Of a stretch of DNA of 64,000 nucleotides, positions 30,289 to 39,544 are shown piece after piece (position 1 is the stretch's first letter; every line of letters starts with the position of its first letter). The notes under the pieces were generated by a model that was given only the letters and a program-made list of their open reading frames with translations, was not told the origin of the DNA and searched no databases. Where the stretch lies: positions 1 through 64,000 of IMG/VR virus record IMGVR_UViG_3300048924_000191, one strand, 5' to 3'. The translations under genes were made by a program, and so were the position numbers.

Positions 30289-31332
30289 ATGCACCAAAGC
30301 AATGTGGCGAAGCTTGATCGCTTCAACAAGAAATCGAAGGAGTTGCTGGTCGACTTCATCAACGCCAAAAACAACCGAGGGTTGACGTCGGACCAGTTGG
30401 TCTTCGGCAAACCAAAGTTGGTGTCAGGCGACGGACTCTCCGAAGTCGATGTAAGCTTCGACGAGTCCACGGGATGGCCACACGATCAAAAGCGGCCTCT
30501 CGGGTATTATCGGATCAACCTTGAAGTGCTCATCGGCAATCAACCGCTGACGGTGCACGTCTTGGAAGACGGTGACGATGTGCTCCTCAAAGCCATCCAC
30601 GAACAGTACGGTCTGCTCTTGGAGAAGGAGTTGGTTACCATCCAGCTCGTTACCAGGAGTTTGCCAGACAGCTCTCCTCAGGACCAACTGAGTGGTTTCG
30701 AAGGAGAGGACGCGGAAGAAGAACCCACGGAGCCTGAAGTTCCTCCTTACCTGGATAACCGCAACTACCGCTTGACCTTCAAGGACGATCACTTGATCTT
30801 CTTTGGTGGACTGAGCGTGCAGACTCGCCGGTCAATCCAAGGTCTGGGTGGTACGATCGATTCACTCCTGGACCTGCGTGAGTATTACTCAGACGGGAAG
30901 TTCGATCTGCCGAAAGTCGATCTGGTGTTCCCAAGAGGTGAACTCTACGTCGATGAGACTGCGTACCCTGATTACGAGGACCGCAAAGCGACCAACGCGT
31001 ACCTGTACGAACTCAAGGCCGACTCCTTCATCCTTGACCAGGATGTCCTTCATTTGATCTTACAACGTCTCACCGGCGATGTTTGGGTCTCGAAAGATGA
31101 GAAGGGTCTGGACTTCAACCTGTTCGGTAGCAAAGTACTCTACAACGGGTTCGTCAAAGTCGACTACGGTCTGGAGCGTGGTTCCTACAACTATGTACTT
31201 GCCGTCGAGCTGGGCGTCAAGTGTGCGAACCTCACCGGCGTCGTCAAGATCGGTTATCAGTTCTCGAGCAGCAAGGTTCCTGGGAACATCTACCAGAACC
31301 AGGCTTCCGTTCTCCCTCTCTTCCCAAGGTAA
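30289..31332 (+). CDS. virion structural protein, 'A' plus second domain
   Basis: LVDFINAKN..LVFGKP..YYRINL; C-terminal FNLFGSKVLYNG..YNYVL domain like array members. Confidence 0.6.
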   Translation: MHQSNVAKLDRFNKKSKELLVDFINAKNNRGLTSDQLVFGKPKLVSGDGLSEVDVSFDESTGWPHDQKRPLGYYRINLEVLIGNQPLTVHVLEDGDDVLLKAIHEQYGLLLEKELVTIQLVTRSLPDSSPQDQLSGFEGEDAEEEPTEPEVPPYLDNRNYRLTFKDDHLIFFGGLSVQTRRSIQGLGGTIDSLLDLREYYSDGKFDLPKVDLVFPRGELYVDETAYPDYEDRKATNAYLYELKADSFILDQDVLHLILQRLTGDVWVSKDEKGLDFNLFGSKVLYNGFVKVDYGLERGSYNYVLAVELGVKCANLTGVVKIGYQFSSSKVPGNIYQNQASVLPLFPR

Positions 31333-31344
31333 GGATTCAGCCCC

Positions 31345-32235
31345 ATGAACCCGATTCAGGTAACGGCCTACGGCCTCAAAGCCATCATCCGTCTGCTGCT
31401 CGGCCACACCCCCGATGCCGACCCAAAGTCCACCGTCAACGAACGTCTGGACATCCTCGGCACCGCACGGCCGACCAACAACGAGAAGGTACGCCTTGGC
31501 GTACTGATCGCAGGTAACAAAGGCCACCGCTACGTCCCAGGTGAGGAAGGTATTGCACTGACCTCCATCCAAGACCACACGGCAACCAACGCATCGCTCT
31601 ACGGGCCGATGCCTCTCTGCGTACGCTCTGTGGACGATGACTTGTCCAAAGAGATGCGCGACAAGTACTGCCTGCGTAAAGAAAACACGCTCAACGGTCT
31701 GCCGGTGTACGAGTATTACGGCATGTGGGTCGACATCGATCCTGAAGACGTCAACGTGATCATGCGCAAGATCACTCGCGAACCTAACCAGCCGCCAGTC
31801 ATCGAGATCTTCCATCCGGATACCGAAGACCTGTACCCGACGCCGATCGCTCTCCCGACCACTGGTGCGGTGACTACCACCGACGTTTCCATCAGTTGCA
31901 GTGCGGTACTCACGGTTACCATGCCGGAGAACATCCTCGAAGAGTTCATCAACTCTGCGAAGCTGAAGTACAACGGTGACGAACGTTACGCCGTACTGTC
32001 TGAGTTTGCACTCTGCCTGAGCGCACAACGCACCGTGTCGATCAACACCACCAGCGGCCAAGCCAACTTCCTGGAATCGATCGGCACCCAGATCTACAAC
32101 TTCGCGATGGACCACAAGGCCGTCTACTACAACACTCAGGAACTGACTATCGATTTCGACATCGGTAACCAGATCCCGCTGCTGGGTACTCAGTCCATCC
32201 CGACCATGCAAACGATCGGTGTGACTGTCCCCTAA
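31345..32235 (+). CDS. hypothetical protein (probably virion-associated)
   Basis: 296 aa, AAGGA RBS, strong codon bias. Confidence 0.7.
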   Translation: MNPIQVTAYGLKAIIRLLLGHTPDADPKSTVNERLDILGTARPTNNEKVRLGVLIAGNKGHRYVPGEEGIALTSIQDHTATNASLYGPMPLCVRSVDDDLSKEMRDKYCLRKENTLNGLPVYEYYGMWVDIDPEDVNVIMRKITREPNQPPVIEIFHPDTEDLYPTPIALPTTGAVTTTDVSISCSAVLTVTMPENILEEFINSAKLKYNGDERYAVLSEFALCLSAQRTVSINTTSGQANFLESIGTQIYNFAMDHKAVYYNTQELTIDFDIGNQIPLLGTQSIPTMQTIGVTVP

Positions 32236-32247
32236 TAGCCAAGGGGA

Positions 32248-32886
32248 ATGAAGATGCGAGAGTTAAGCGACGAAGACTGGACCATGCGGTACGTGGGTAT
32301 CGACAACGGTACCAACACCGTGGGATACGTGACGTTGGATGGAGATCTTCGTACTGGCGTAGGTACTGTTTCTCGAGCGGAGTGTTTGGTCGCAGAGAAG
32401 ACAGCGTACGATCGGTACGAGGGCCTTGCCAATAATCGTGGACAACCCGCTGCCAGGATGCGCGTTATCAAGGACTTCACTTACGAGTACATCGATGATG
32501 AAGACCCTGACGAAGTTGGCGCCGAATCTCCATTCTCGCATCTTCATGCACATTCGTTTGCGTCACTGACGACTTCGATGAATGTGTTGGATGATGCGGT
32601 GTGGCGGTACCGCCCAGCCCTGCCGTTTGAAAAGGTACCACCCGGTCGTGCCAAGAGAGCCGTCTGCCCGGAAGGACAGTACTCGAACAAAAAGGAAGAC
32701 ATTCGTAAGTTCATTCTAGCGAACCCAAACATCGTAGCCGGCGAAGGCATCGATCTGGAATCACTGTCTGAACACGAGATAGACGCCATAGCTGTAGCGT
32801 GGTATCTTTTCATGCGGACGCTTACCGTCATGCGTATGTCTGTTGCCGCAAATAACATGAGCGCCAAAAAGCGTTCACGTAAATGA
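32248..32886 (+). CDS. ruvC: RuvC-like Holliday junction resolvase
   Basis: YVGIDNGTNTVG, GAESPF (Glu), P..AKRAV, K.DI, HEIDAIAVA. Confidence 0.85.
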   Translation: MKMRELSDEDWTMRYVGIDNGTNTVGYVTLDGDLRTGVGTVSRAECLVAEKTAYDRYEGLANNRGQPAARMRVIKDFTYEYIDDEDPDEVGAESPFSHLHAHSFASLTTSMNVLDDAVWRYRPALPFEKVPPGRAKRAVCPEGQYSNKKEDIRKFILANPNIVAGEGIDLESLSEHEIDAIAVAWYLFMRTLTVMRMSVAANNMSAKKRSRK

Positions 32887-32907
32887 ATGGAAGAATCCGG
32901 GGGTTCT

Positions 32908-33318
32908 ATGAACGTGAAATCTGCTATCGGTCTGATGGCGAGGAACCCGGCGGTGGACTTTCCGTGGCAGCCGGCCCTGATCAATCTGATCAATGGTTTT
33001 GTTCCCGCGGATCGTCAGTTGGACCCACTCACCGCAGAGGCGAAGGAAGTTCAGGAAGCCATCGGCTCGATGGACGCCTCGCTGCAGGAGATGGTCTATA
33101 ATTCTAACTTGGATTCGGTCAATGTAATCGATCCTGTGCCAGCACCAGTCGCTGTGATTAAAAATAGCCGTTCTAACCTCCTGCTGTTGTTTGCCTTCAC
33201 GTTGTGCGCTTGCGCACTGATGATGGTGTGGAAGGTAGGTGACGGAGCGACCGGAGCCGATGTAGTTGAGATTCTGAAGCTGATTCTGAGTGTCGTTACT
33301 GACCAGCCTGCGACTTGA
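32908..33318 (+). CDS. membrane protein
   Basis: C-terminal TM LLLLFAFTLCACALMMVW plus an amphipathic helix; start 32887 or 32908. Confidence 0.6.
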   Translation: MNVKSAIGLMARNPAVDFPWQPALINLINGFVPADRQLDPLTAEAKEVQEAIGSMDASLQEMVYNSNLDSVNVIDPVPAPVAVIKNSRSNLLLLFAFTLCACALMMVWKVGDGATGADVVEILKLILSVVTDQPAT

Positions 33319-33326
33319 CCTGAAAG

Positions 33327-33362
33327 GCATACAGCCGGTGGCGCAAGCCACCGGCTGTATGC
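33327..33362. terminator. 16-bp hairpin with GNRA loop between convergent genes
   Basis: GCATACAGCCGGTGGC-gcaa-GCCACCGGCTGTATGC. Confidence 0.78.
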
Positions 33363-33369
33363 TGTCTCT

Positions 33370-33660
33370 TTATGTTGCAGGGTCTGCGTAGAAAGATCCG
33401 AAGAACTCTCGCTGAAGAACATCCTGAGCGTCTCGACATTTCATCGCATCGTAAAACCAAGAACTATCACCCCAGTCCATGTGTCCGATAGTCCCCACAT
33501 TGAAGTAAGGTTTACCGACGTAGAACAGGATCTTCTCTTCCTTGATCTTCGCTTGCTGCTCAGCCCACCACGTTTCCTTGTAGATGGGCTTGACCACCTC
33601 ATTTCGCGACATGTTGCCATGCAGCATCCGAAGAGCGGTGGTGAGACTTCCCCTAAACAT
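33370..33660 (-). CDS. small protein with EF-Tu G1-like peptide
   Basis: KPYFNVGTIGHMDWG versus EF-Tu KPHVNVGTIGHVDHG; 8-nt stop/start overlap with the upstream ORF. Confidence 0.6.
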   Translation of the reverse strand: MFRGSLTTALRMLHGNMSRNEVVKPIYKETWWAEQQAKIKEEKILFYVGKPYFNVGTIGHMDWGDSSWFYDAMKCRDAQDVLQREFFGSFYADPAT

Positions 33661-33835
33661 AGCGCAGAGGACGAATCGGGTCGTTGGCAGCGCGCTGTTT
33701 CACCAGCCAGTACTTGAGGATCTGGAGCGTAGATCGGGACTTCCCACAGTTACGACCACCGTGAACTATCGGGATTCGATTACCAGCCAGTTGGTGGATG
33801 GTCAGCTGCAGGATGGGCGCCTTGAGATTAAACAT
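33653..33835 (-). CDS. 60-aa protein with an isolated Walker A-like motif
   Basis: IVHGGRNCGKS; coupled to both neighbours by the same ATGTTTA(A/G) overlap. Confidence 0.55.
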   Translation of the reverse strand: MFNLKAPILQLTIHQLAGNRIPIVHGGRNCGKSRSTLQILKYWLVKQRAANDPIRPLRYV

Positions 33836-34472
33836 AGACGTTCTCCGTGCGGAAGTACTTCTCGTACAGCTCCGCGATCTTTTCCTTAGGACCGGTACCG
33901 TCCGCCTTCATTTCCGGCGAGATGATAATCACCTCATCGTGAGTGAACGGAACCGGGAAGTTCTTGACGTCAGGACGTGGATCGTCAGGATTCAGTTCGA
34001 TATCGACCTTAGCCCATGGAACGATCTTGCCTTCCTTGTTCAGGAACAGGTCGACTTCCCACTTGAACTCGATACCATTCTCGAACGAACCTGGAATGAT
34101 GAACCGAGTCTTGATCAGGCCTTGATCGGCCATCAACTTGAACTGCTCCAGCTGTTCCTCGCGAGAAGGGTCCGGTACCTCGACTTTGCCCTTATCACCG
34201 GCATTGGTCTTGGTACAGAACTCGTACTCGACGCGGTCATCTGGATGGATGGTCTTACGAACGCGCAGGGAGCCGTCTGAGGCGTTTTTAGGAGTCTTGG
34301 GTACGTAGATACCCCATTGCTCCTGACCCTCGTGGGAGACGGCCATGGACTTGATCTGCTCGACATCAAAACCCTTCAAGTAGACTTCGAGTTCGTACTC
34401 GAGATTCTTACTTTCGAATTCTGCAGTCGGTTCGTTGAACGCCAGCTGGTCAATCAGACACGGTTTGAACAT
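33828..34472 (-). CDS. CYTH / triphosphate tunnel metalloenzyme-like protein
   Basis: EYELE, LRVRK, KTRF, WEVDLF, KVDIEL motifs. Confidence 0.78.
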   Translation of the reverse strand: MFKPCLIDQLAFNEPTAEFESKNLEYELEVYLKGFDVEQIKSMAVSHEGQEQWGIYVPKTPKNASDGSLRVRKTIHPDDRVEYEFCTKTNAGDKGKVEVPDPSREEQLEQFKLMADQGLIKTRFIIPGSFENGIEFKWEVDLFLNKEGKIVPWAKVDIELNPDDPRPDVKNFPVPFTHDEVIIISPEMKADGTGPKEKIAELYEKYFRTENVYV

Positions 34473-34493
34473 GGGTAAAGTCCTCAGGACGAC

Positions 34494-34524
34494 AAAAAAA
34501 ATACGTCACCTTATTAGGGTGACG
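34494..34524 (-). terminator. intrinsic terminator
   Basis: CGTCACC-n7-GGTGACG followed on - by TATTTTTTTT. Confidence 0.75.
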
Positions 34525-34635
34525 CCGCAGACTCTCAGAAGAGAGCCCACGGGTCGTCCATCTATTCCAAGTTGGTTACTGGGATTACTCCCATCGATAT
34601 CGGTTTGGTAAGTGGGACTCCCTGACGAGACGCCC

Positions 34636-36600
34636 TTACTTGATCACACTGAGGACAAAGTTCTCAATGCGGTTCGAGAAAGGCGTAACCTCGATCAGGT
34701 AGTTGTCCGAAGTCGACAGGAGCACGCGCGCGTTCACCGAACCGGGGAGGCTGCGGCTGAGCGCTTCGAAGATCTTGCGGATGGATTGCGACAGGTTGCG
34801 CTGCTGCGCCATGGTCACGGAGAGACCCGTGTCTTGCACGTTGGCGGAGAGCACGTTGGAGAGACCCAGCTCGTCCAGAGAACCATCGACCGAGATCACT
34901 TCCAGGAAGTCCAGGAACACAACCGACGGCAGGTCGGCAGCGCCTTCGTGCAGATCACCCACGGTGTCAGCAACGTCTTCCTTGGAAGCATAGGCGCAGG
35001 CCATGCTGGTGATGTAGCGGCTGCGATCGCCGAGAAGAGAGGCGAATTCCGCACTACGGCGTTGGGCAATTACGCCCAGCAGCTGCTCGAAGTTCTTGGC
35101 GAAGTTCATCTGCTTGACGGACGCGAACTGGAACTGGTACTTCAGCGAGCGCAGAACCATTTCGGTGAAACGCTCGTTCAGCTTGTTCCAGATGGATTCG
35201 TTGAACTGAGGACGCAGGTCGTTCATGAGCTTTGCCGCTGCAACCAGAGAAGGCGCTGCAGCTACCTGATCAATCAGGTCCATCTGCGACCAGTCACTGG
35301 CGTTCATCGGCGTACGCATGTAACCCAGGAAGACGTCGACTTCTTTCTTGTCGGCCAGCATGCGAGCACGACCGGCGAAGGTTGCAGTGACGATACTGTC
35401 GACAGGACGACCTTCGGTCAGCTGTGGGATTACCGCGACGATTTCATCCAGCTTGTCAACCAGGTTGACGGACTTGGCAGGAGCAGCCGACGGTGCGTCG
35501 ACGTGGTCCAGCGTGTCGCCAGTGCTGCGGGCAGCTTTCAGGCTGACTGCGGCGGAGCGGCGTTCTGGGTTTTCTTCGCCACGAGCATCGCGGACTTCTT
35601 GGTTCAGATAGCTGTTTTCTTTGGTCACGTCTTCCAACTCCTCTCGTACATTTCCATCTGCGTCCTTCACGTAGTACTTCACATAAAGGTTAAGATCATG
35701 CCAGGACGGAATAAAGCCGGCATTATCGTCATCGTCCGATGCATGGGTACTGGTGATCTCCCACTTGCTGCGGTGAGCCACTACCCAGTGTTCGCCTGCC
35801 ACCCAGAACTCCCCGAATGGGTCGGCCTTGGTGAAGTCAGGTCCTTCTACCCGGTGCTTCTTCTGATGCACCAAGCTTTCGACCGAGTCCGGATGAGGGC
35901 GTTCATCAGAACTACGATCGCGGTCACGCTCACGTTCCCGCTCAACAGGACGCTCTTCGCGTTCTGGTTTGCGGTTATCGTCAGAGTCACCGTTGAAGCC
36001 ATCTTCCAGCTGAGTGATCAGCGACCACGGATCGGAATCATCCGCATCGGAAGTGCGACGTTTGGAATCACGGCTCTTGCGCTCGCCACGGCTACCGCTG
36101 CCGTAGTCATCACTGCTACGGTCACCACGGCGATCACCGCGGTCACGGCTACCACGACGGCTGCCACCACCGTAATCGTCACGACGATCGTCATCGCGGT
36201 CGTCTTCATCACGACGACGGCGATTCCCACGAGACGGACGGCAGACTTCGAGGAAACGCTCCTCGGCATCTTTCATCTGATCGTAGGTACGGTTGGACAG
36301 TTCATCAGCCAGTTTACGGTCGGCCAGAATGACCGACGCAAAGTGACCATCGACGATGTCTGCAATCGCATCTTCCAGGGCTTCGGCATCAGACTTGCGG
36401 TCGTCAGCGTACTTGCGGAAGATCTCACGCTCAGAGTCTGCGATCACATCGATGAGCTCATTGAAAGCAGCGCATCGCCAACCACGGTCGGACATCATCT
36501 TGTAGTACGCGTCTCGAAGATCCGAGTCTCGCGCTTTGTCCTTGATATACCTGGTAGCCTCGTCATACGCGGCATCCCAGAATTTGTTTTCTCGACTCAT
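34636..36600 (-). CDS. hypothetical protein with R/D/S/G low-complexity region (gene downstream of nvRNAP subunit)
   Basis: 654 aa, GGAG RBS, strong codon bias. Confidence 0.75.
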   Translation of the reverse strand: MSRENKFWDAAYDEATRYIKDKARDSDLRDAYYKMMSDRGWRCAAFNELIDVIADSEREIFRKYADDRKSDAEALEDAIADIVDGHFASVILADRKLADELSNRTYDQMKDAEERFLEVCRPSRGNRRRRDEDDRDDDRRDDYGGGSRRGSRDRGDRRGDRSSDDYGSGSRGERKSRDSKRRTSDADDSDPWSLITQLEDGFNGDSDDNRKPEREERPVERERERDRDRSSDERPHPDSVESLVHQKKHRVEGPDFTKADPFGEFWVAGEHWVVAHRSKWEITSTHASDDDDNAGFIPSWHDLNLYVKYYVKDADGNVREELEDVTKENSYLNQEVRDARGEENPERRSAAVSLKAARSTGDTLDHVDAPSAAPAKSVNLVDKLDEIVAVIPQLTEGRPVDSIVTATFAGRARMLADKKEVDVFLGYMRTPMNASDWSQMDLIDQVAAAPSLVAAAKLMNDLRPQFNESIWNKLNERFTEMVLRSLKYQFQFASVKQMNFAKNFEQLLGVIAQRRSAEFASLLGDRSRYITSMACAYASKEDVADTVGDLHEGAADLPSVVFLDFLEVISVDGSLDELGLSNVLSANVQDTGLSVTMAQQRNLSQSIRKIFEALSRSLPGSVNARVLLSTSDNYLIEVTPFSNRIENFVLSVIK

Positions 36601-36625
36601 TTATTGCTCCAACCACAAGGGATGT

Positions 36626-38314
36626 TTAGTGACGCCGTATCGCCTCATCGATGTGCTCAACCACCGCAGCCATCGATTCCTTCTTCCGGATTGTAAAATT
36701 CGCATCCAGATCCATCGTCATGTTTGCGGTATTCTTCGCCAGCGGGCCGTTCTTCGGCAGCAGCGTGTGGTTACCGGTTTCCATAGACGACGAGTGAAGG
36801 TGAGACTGGGGATCGTTCACGTTGATGTTTTGCGGCTTACGCTGACCGGAGGTCTGCGATTGCATCACCAACCGACTGACGATCTTCGGAATGAGGTTAT
36901 CGCCCGGCGTGGACACGCTGGACATGAACGGCTTGATAGACGTTTTCCTCAAATCGAATATCTTGGTCGGCATGAAGTATTTGCCGAGGATCTTGTTGAA
37001 GTCATCGACTCCGTGCTTACGCTTACGGTTGTTGATGATCTCGAACAGACACAAGAAGATCTGCTCAAAGATATCCCGCAGGACATAAGGGGCGGTCACG
37101 AGCCGTTTCCCATACATCGATCCGATGTCGCGACTCCCGTTCTCAAGCATCTCGCTCATGTGTTGCAGAACGTAGACGAAGAGTTCGTAGAGATCTTCAA
37201 TAACCAACGCTTCTTCCTCGAACAGCATGCGTTGTGCTTCCATGTCGATATAATCATCGAGGTTCGACAGGTGGGTTTCCATGTTCTCAACCAGCTTGGC
37301 AGGACCGAGCTGATCACCAGCCAGAACATAACCCAACCACAGCAGCCACAGCCAAGTACCACCGAGTTCTTCGATGTCGGTGCGCTCTGGGAAGTGGTCC
37401 ACGATGTAGAAGAACGACGCCACGAAGGTTTGCACCAGCGGCGTGAACTGCGCACGTGGGATCACCAAAGCAATTGGCGAGCGGATGGTGGAGTACGCGA
37501 CTTTCGTCTTGAGCGTAGACGGCTTGACGCCATCAGACTCAAAGACGCAATACTTCTTGAGGTCTGGAGGATTGGCCTTGAGTTCATCGACCGTTGTGAT
37601 AGTGACATCACAGCGACCGAAGCGCTTGAAGGTTTCCTTCATTCCGTACTTCGCGAACAGGTAGTGCGGCAGCGTCGTCACGACGCGACCCAGAGCGATG
37701 GTGTCGCTCTTACCGGTCCGGTTGTTGATACCCCCGCGGTTATGAACCCAGGTATAGGCGATGTCCGTAGACAGCTGCTCCCCGGTTTCAAAAGGCTTTT
37801 CAGCCCCATAGTCGCGGTCCATCGTGACGGTACCGATCTCGTACCGGAAAGTGATAGGAGCTCGGTTTGTCCTGATGAACACCGAGTCCGGTCCAATGGA
37901 GAAGCACGGGTCTGTAGCAACCGGGCTCATTGAGAACTCCTTCCCCAGAATCCTGAAGAGGTTTCCCCGCCGTGGAGCGGGGAGGTAGAAGTATCTCGGG
38001 TACAACATTTTCCCATTGAACGCGAACTGGTATTTCACCAGGTATACGTCACTGACGGCTAGATCACTGGTCGGGACGCTGCGGTCGCCCCTCGACATCA
38101 CTGTAGCCATTACCCGGACTGCCTCCAATGGATGGCAGCGATACGACCCAATAAACTCGAAGCCTTCCGGGTAACTCTTCTCGGCACAGCGAATGCGTTG
38201 GTCGACCAGCTCTTTTGCATTGAGCAAGCTTTTACAAGCCAGCCCATCGACGATGTCCATGTTGAACTTGGGCATGTCTTCCTGCATCTCGAGATCTAAC
38301 TCAATGTCTGGCAT
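36626..38314 (-). CDS. non-virion RNA polymerase beta-subunit N-terminal fragment (phiKZ gp123-like)
   Basis: RpoB-like YFYLP....NLFRILGKEFSMSPV, D.GSMYGKRL, HLHSS; 562 aa; position two genes downstream of the capsid gene. Confidence 0.8.
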   Translation of the reverse strand: MPDIELDLEMQEDMPKFNMDIVDGLACKSLLNAKELVDQRIRCAEKSYPEGFEFIGSYRCHPLEAVRVMATVMSRGDRSVPTSDLAVSDVYLVKYQFAFNGKMLYPRYFYLPAPRRGNLFRILGKEFSMSPVATDPCFSIGPDSVFIRTNRAPITFRYEIGTVTMDRDYGAEKPFETGEQLSTDIAYTWVHNRGGINNRTGKSDTIALGRVVTTLPHYLFAKYGMKETFKRFGRCDVTITTVDELKANPPDLKKYCVFESDGVKPSTLKTKVAYSTIRSPIALVIPRAQFTPLVQTFVASFFYIVDHFPERTDIEELGGTWLWLLWLGYVLAGDQLGPAKLVENMETHLSNLDDYIDMEAQRMLFEEEALVIEDLYELFVYVLQHMSEMLENGSRDIGSMYGKRLVTAPYVLRDIFEQIFLCLFEIINNRKRKHGVDDFNKILGKYFMPTKIFDLRKTSIKPFMSSVSTPGDNLIPKIVSRLVMQSQTSGQRKPQNINVNDPQSHLHSSSMETGNHTLLPKNGPLAKNTANMTMDLDANFTIRKKESMAAVVEHIDEAIRRH

Positions 38315-38321
38315 GACGAAC

Positions 38322-39428
38322 CTATGTTGGTTTCAGTTTGTTAATGAACCCGATGACCCCAACGACGGCAGCCATCATTCCGCCCACCAGTTTTATCCAG
38401 TCGGCCAAGTTTCGGGTATTCTCTTTGACCTGCTCCTCTTGGAACCGTCTTCGAGTCACCTCTTCTTTGTACTCGCGGAATTCTTTCTCCCGGACGTGCT
38501 CCTCCCGAGTTACAGTTTCCCGCATTTGCAACTCATCAATCTTCTGCCGATGAACTGTCTCCGCCAGCTCTCGTTTCAGCAGTGTCTCACGATCACCTTC
38601 GATCACAGCGTCCTCAGCTGTCTTACACAGACGGAAAAGAGTATCCGCTGTTTCGAAGTCGTAATGTTTGTGACACATGTCTTTGGTATCAGTCCGCGCA
38701 TTGATGGCGCTTACTGGGTTACGGCACACCAGGTGCACACCCGACGGCATAGTCGGGTCCCGTTCTATCGGAACGGGATAAACCTCGCCCCCGAGGAACA
38801 GATACCGGTCAGATCGATGTTGGACAGGACTGTTGTCTACAGCCTTGAGAGAAAACACAAGCGTTTTGTTGCTGATGTGCGGCACCGCTCCACGGAAAGA
38901 TCGCTTGACCGCTTCCGTTGGACCGAAGGGATGTTCTACGCGCTTGTCCCGATTGCCATCCGGAACTAACTGTAAGTCCAACTCCTCCAGATAAACGATA
39001 CCACCCAGTGCCTCCAGTGCTCCCCACTTCAGAGATACCAGCACAGTAACGGTGACGTGCCCGAGCTTACTGCCGTTCGAGAACATCTTCACCTGATCGT
39101 CGAAAGCCAACATGATCTCACGAACGACCTTACTGTTGCTCAGGATGTTATCCCGTATCTCATCTGTGATTGTGCGAAGATCCTTGATCGGAACCCGCCA
39201 TTCCAGTTCTACGTCGAATCGCTCGCTACTTCCGTGGCTTACCGGCTGGCCCGGCAAGTACGTATTGACACCTAGGCGAGTCTTATGCCAAATCCCCGTT
39301 GTCGTACGATTGAAACACCTCATACGGAAATCCGTAGAGGCGATTGTGTCGTCGATCACTCTGCTACATTTCAGCGTCTCAACACTGCATACGTCGAGCA
39401 CGGAAACTTGGCGACCTTTCGACTCCAT
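38322..39428 (-). CDS. hypothetical protein with C-terminal coiled coil and TM anchor
   Basis: 368 aa, GGGGAG RBS, C-terminal LVGGMMAAVVGVIGF. Confidence 0.75.
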   Translation of the reverse strand: MESKGRQVSVLDVCSVETLKCSRVIDDTIASTDFRMRCFNRTTTGIWHKTRLGVNTYLPGQPVSHGSSERFDVELEWRVPIKDLRTITDEIRDNILSNSKVVREIMLAFDDQVKMFSNGSKLGHVTVTVLVSLKWGALEALGGIVYLEELDLQLVPDGNRDKRVEHPFGPTEAVKRSFRGAVPHISNKTLVFSLKAVDNSPVQHRSDRYLFLGGEVYPVPIERDPTMPSGVHLVCRNPVSAINARTDTKDMCHKHYDFETADTLFRLCKTAEDAVIEGDRETLLKRELAETVHRQKIDELQMRETVTREEHVREKEFREYKEEVTRRRFQEEQVKENTRNLADWIKLVGGMMAAVVGVIGFINKLKPT

Positions 39429-39494
39429 AGTTTAGAACTCCCCTGTAGGAATTTACCGATCGAATCGCTCCATTTTTATTTCCCACTTACCGAT

Positions 39495-39515
39495 TTAGTA
39501 ATGTACTACTGTAAA
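39495..39515 (-). promoter_or_regulatory. candidate early (virion RNAP) promoter
   Basis: - strand TTTACAGTAGTACATTACTAA, one mismatch to the phiKZ early core TATATTAC; upstream of the nvRNAP-subunit operon. Confidence 0.55.
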
Positions 39516-39544
39516 TCGTTTGTTCTAAAAGAGCATAAAGGGCA

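Noticed and set aside
34612-36696. 694-aa + strand ORF
   Set aside because: Antisense shadow of the codon-biased 654-aa gene; no RBS, and the low-complexity translation mirrors the R/D tract
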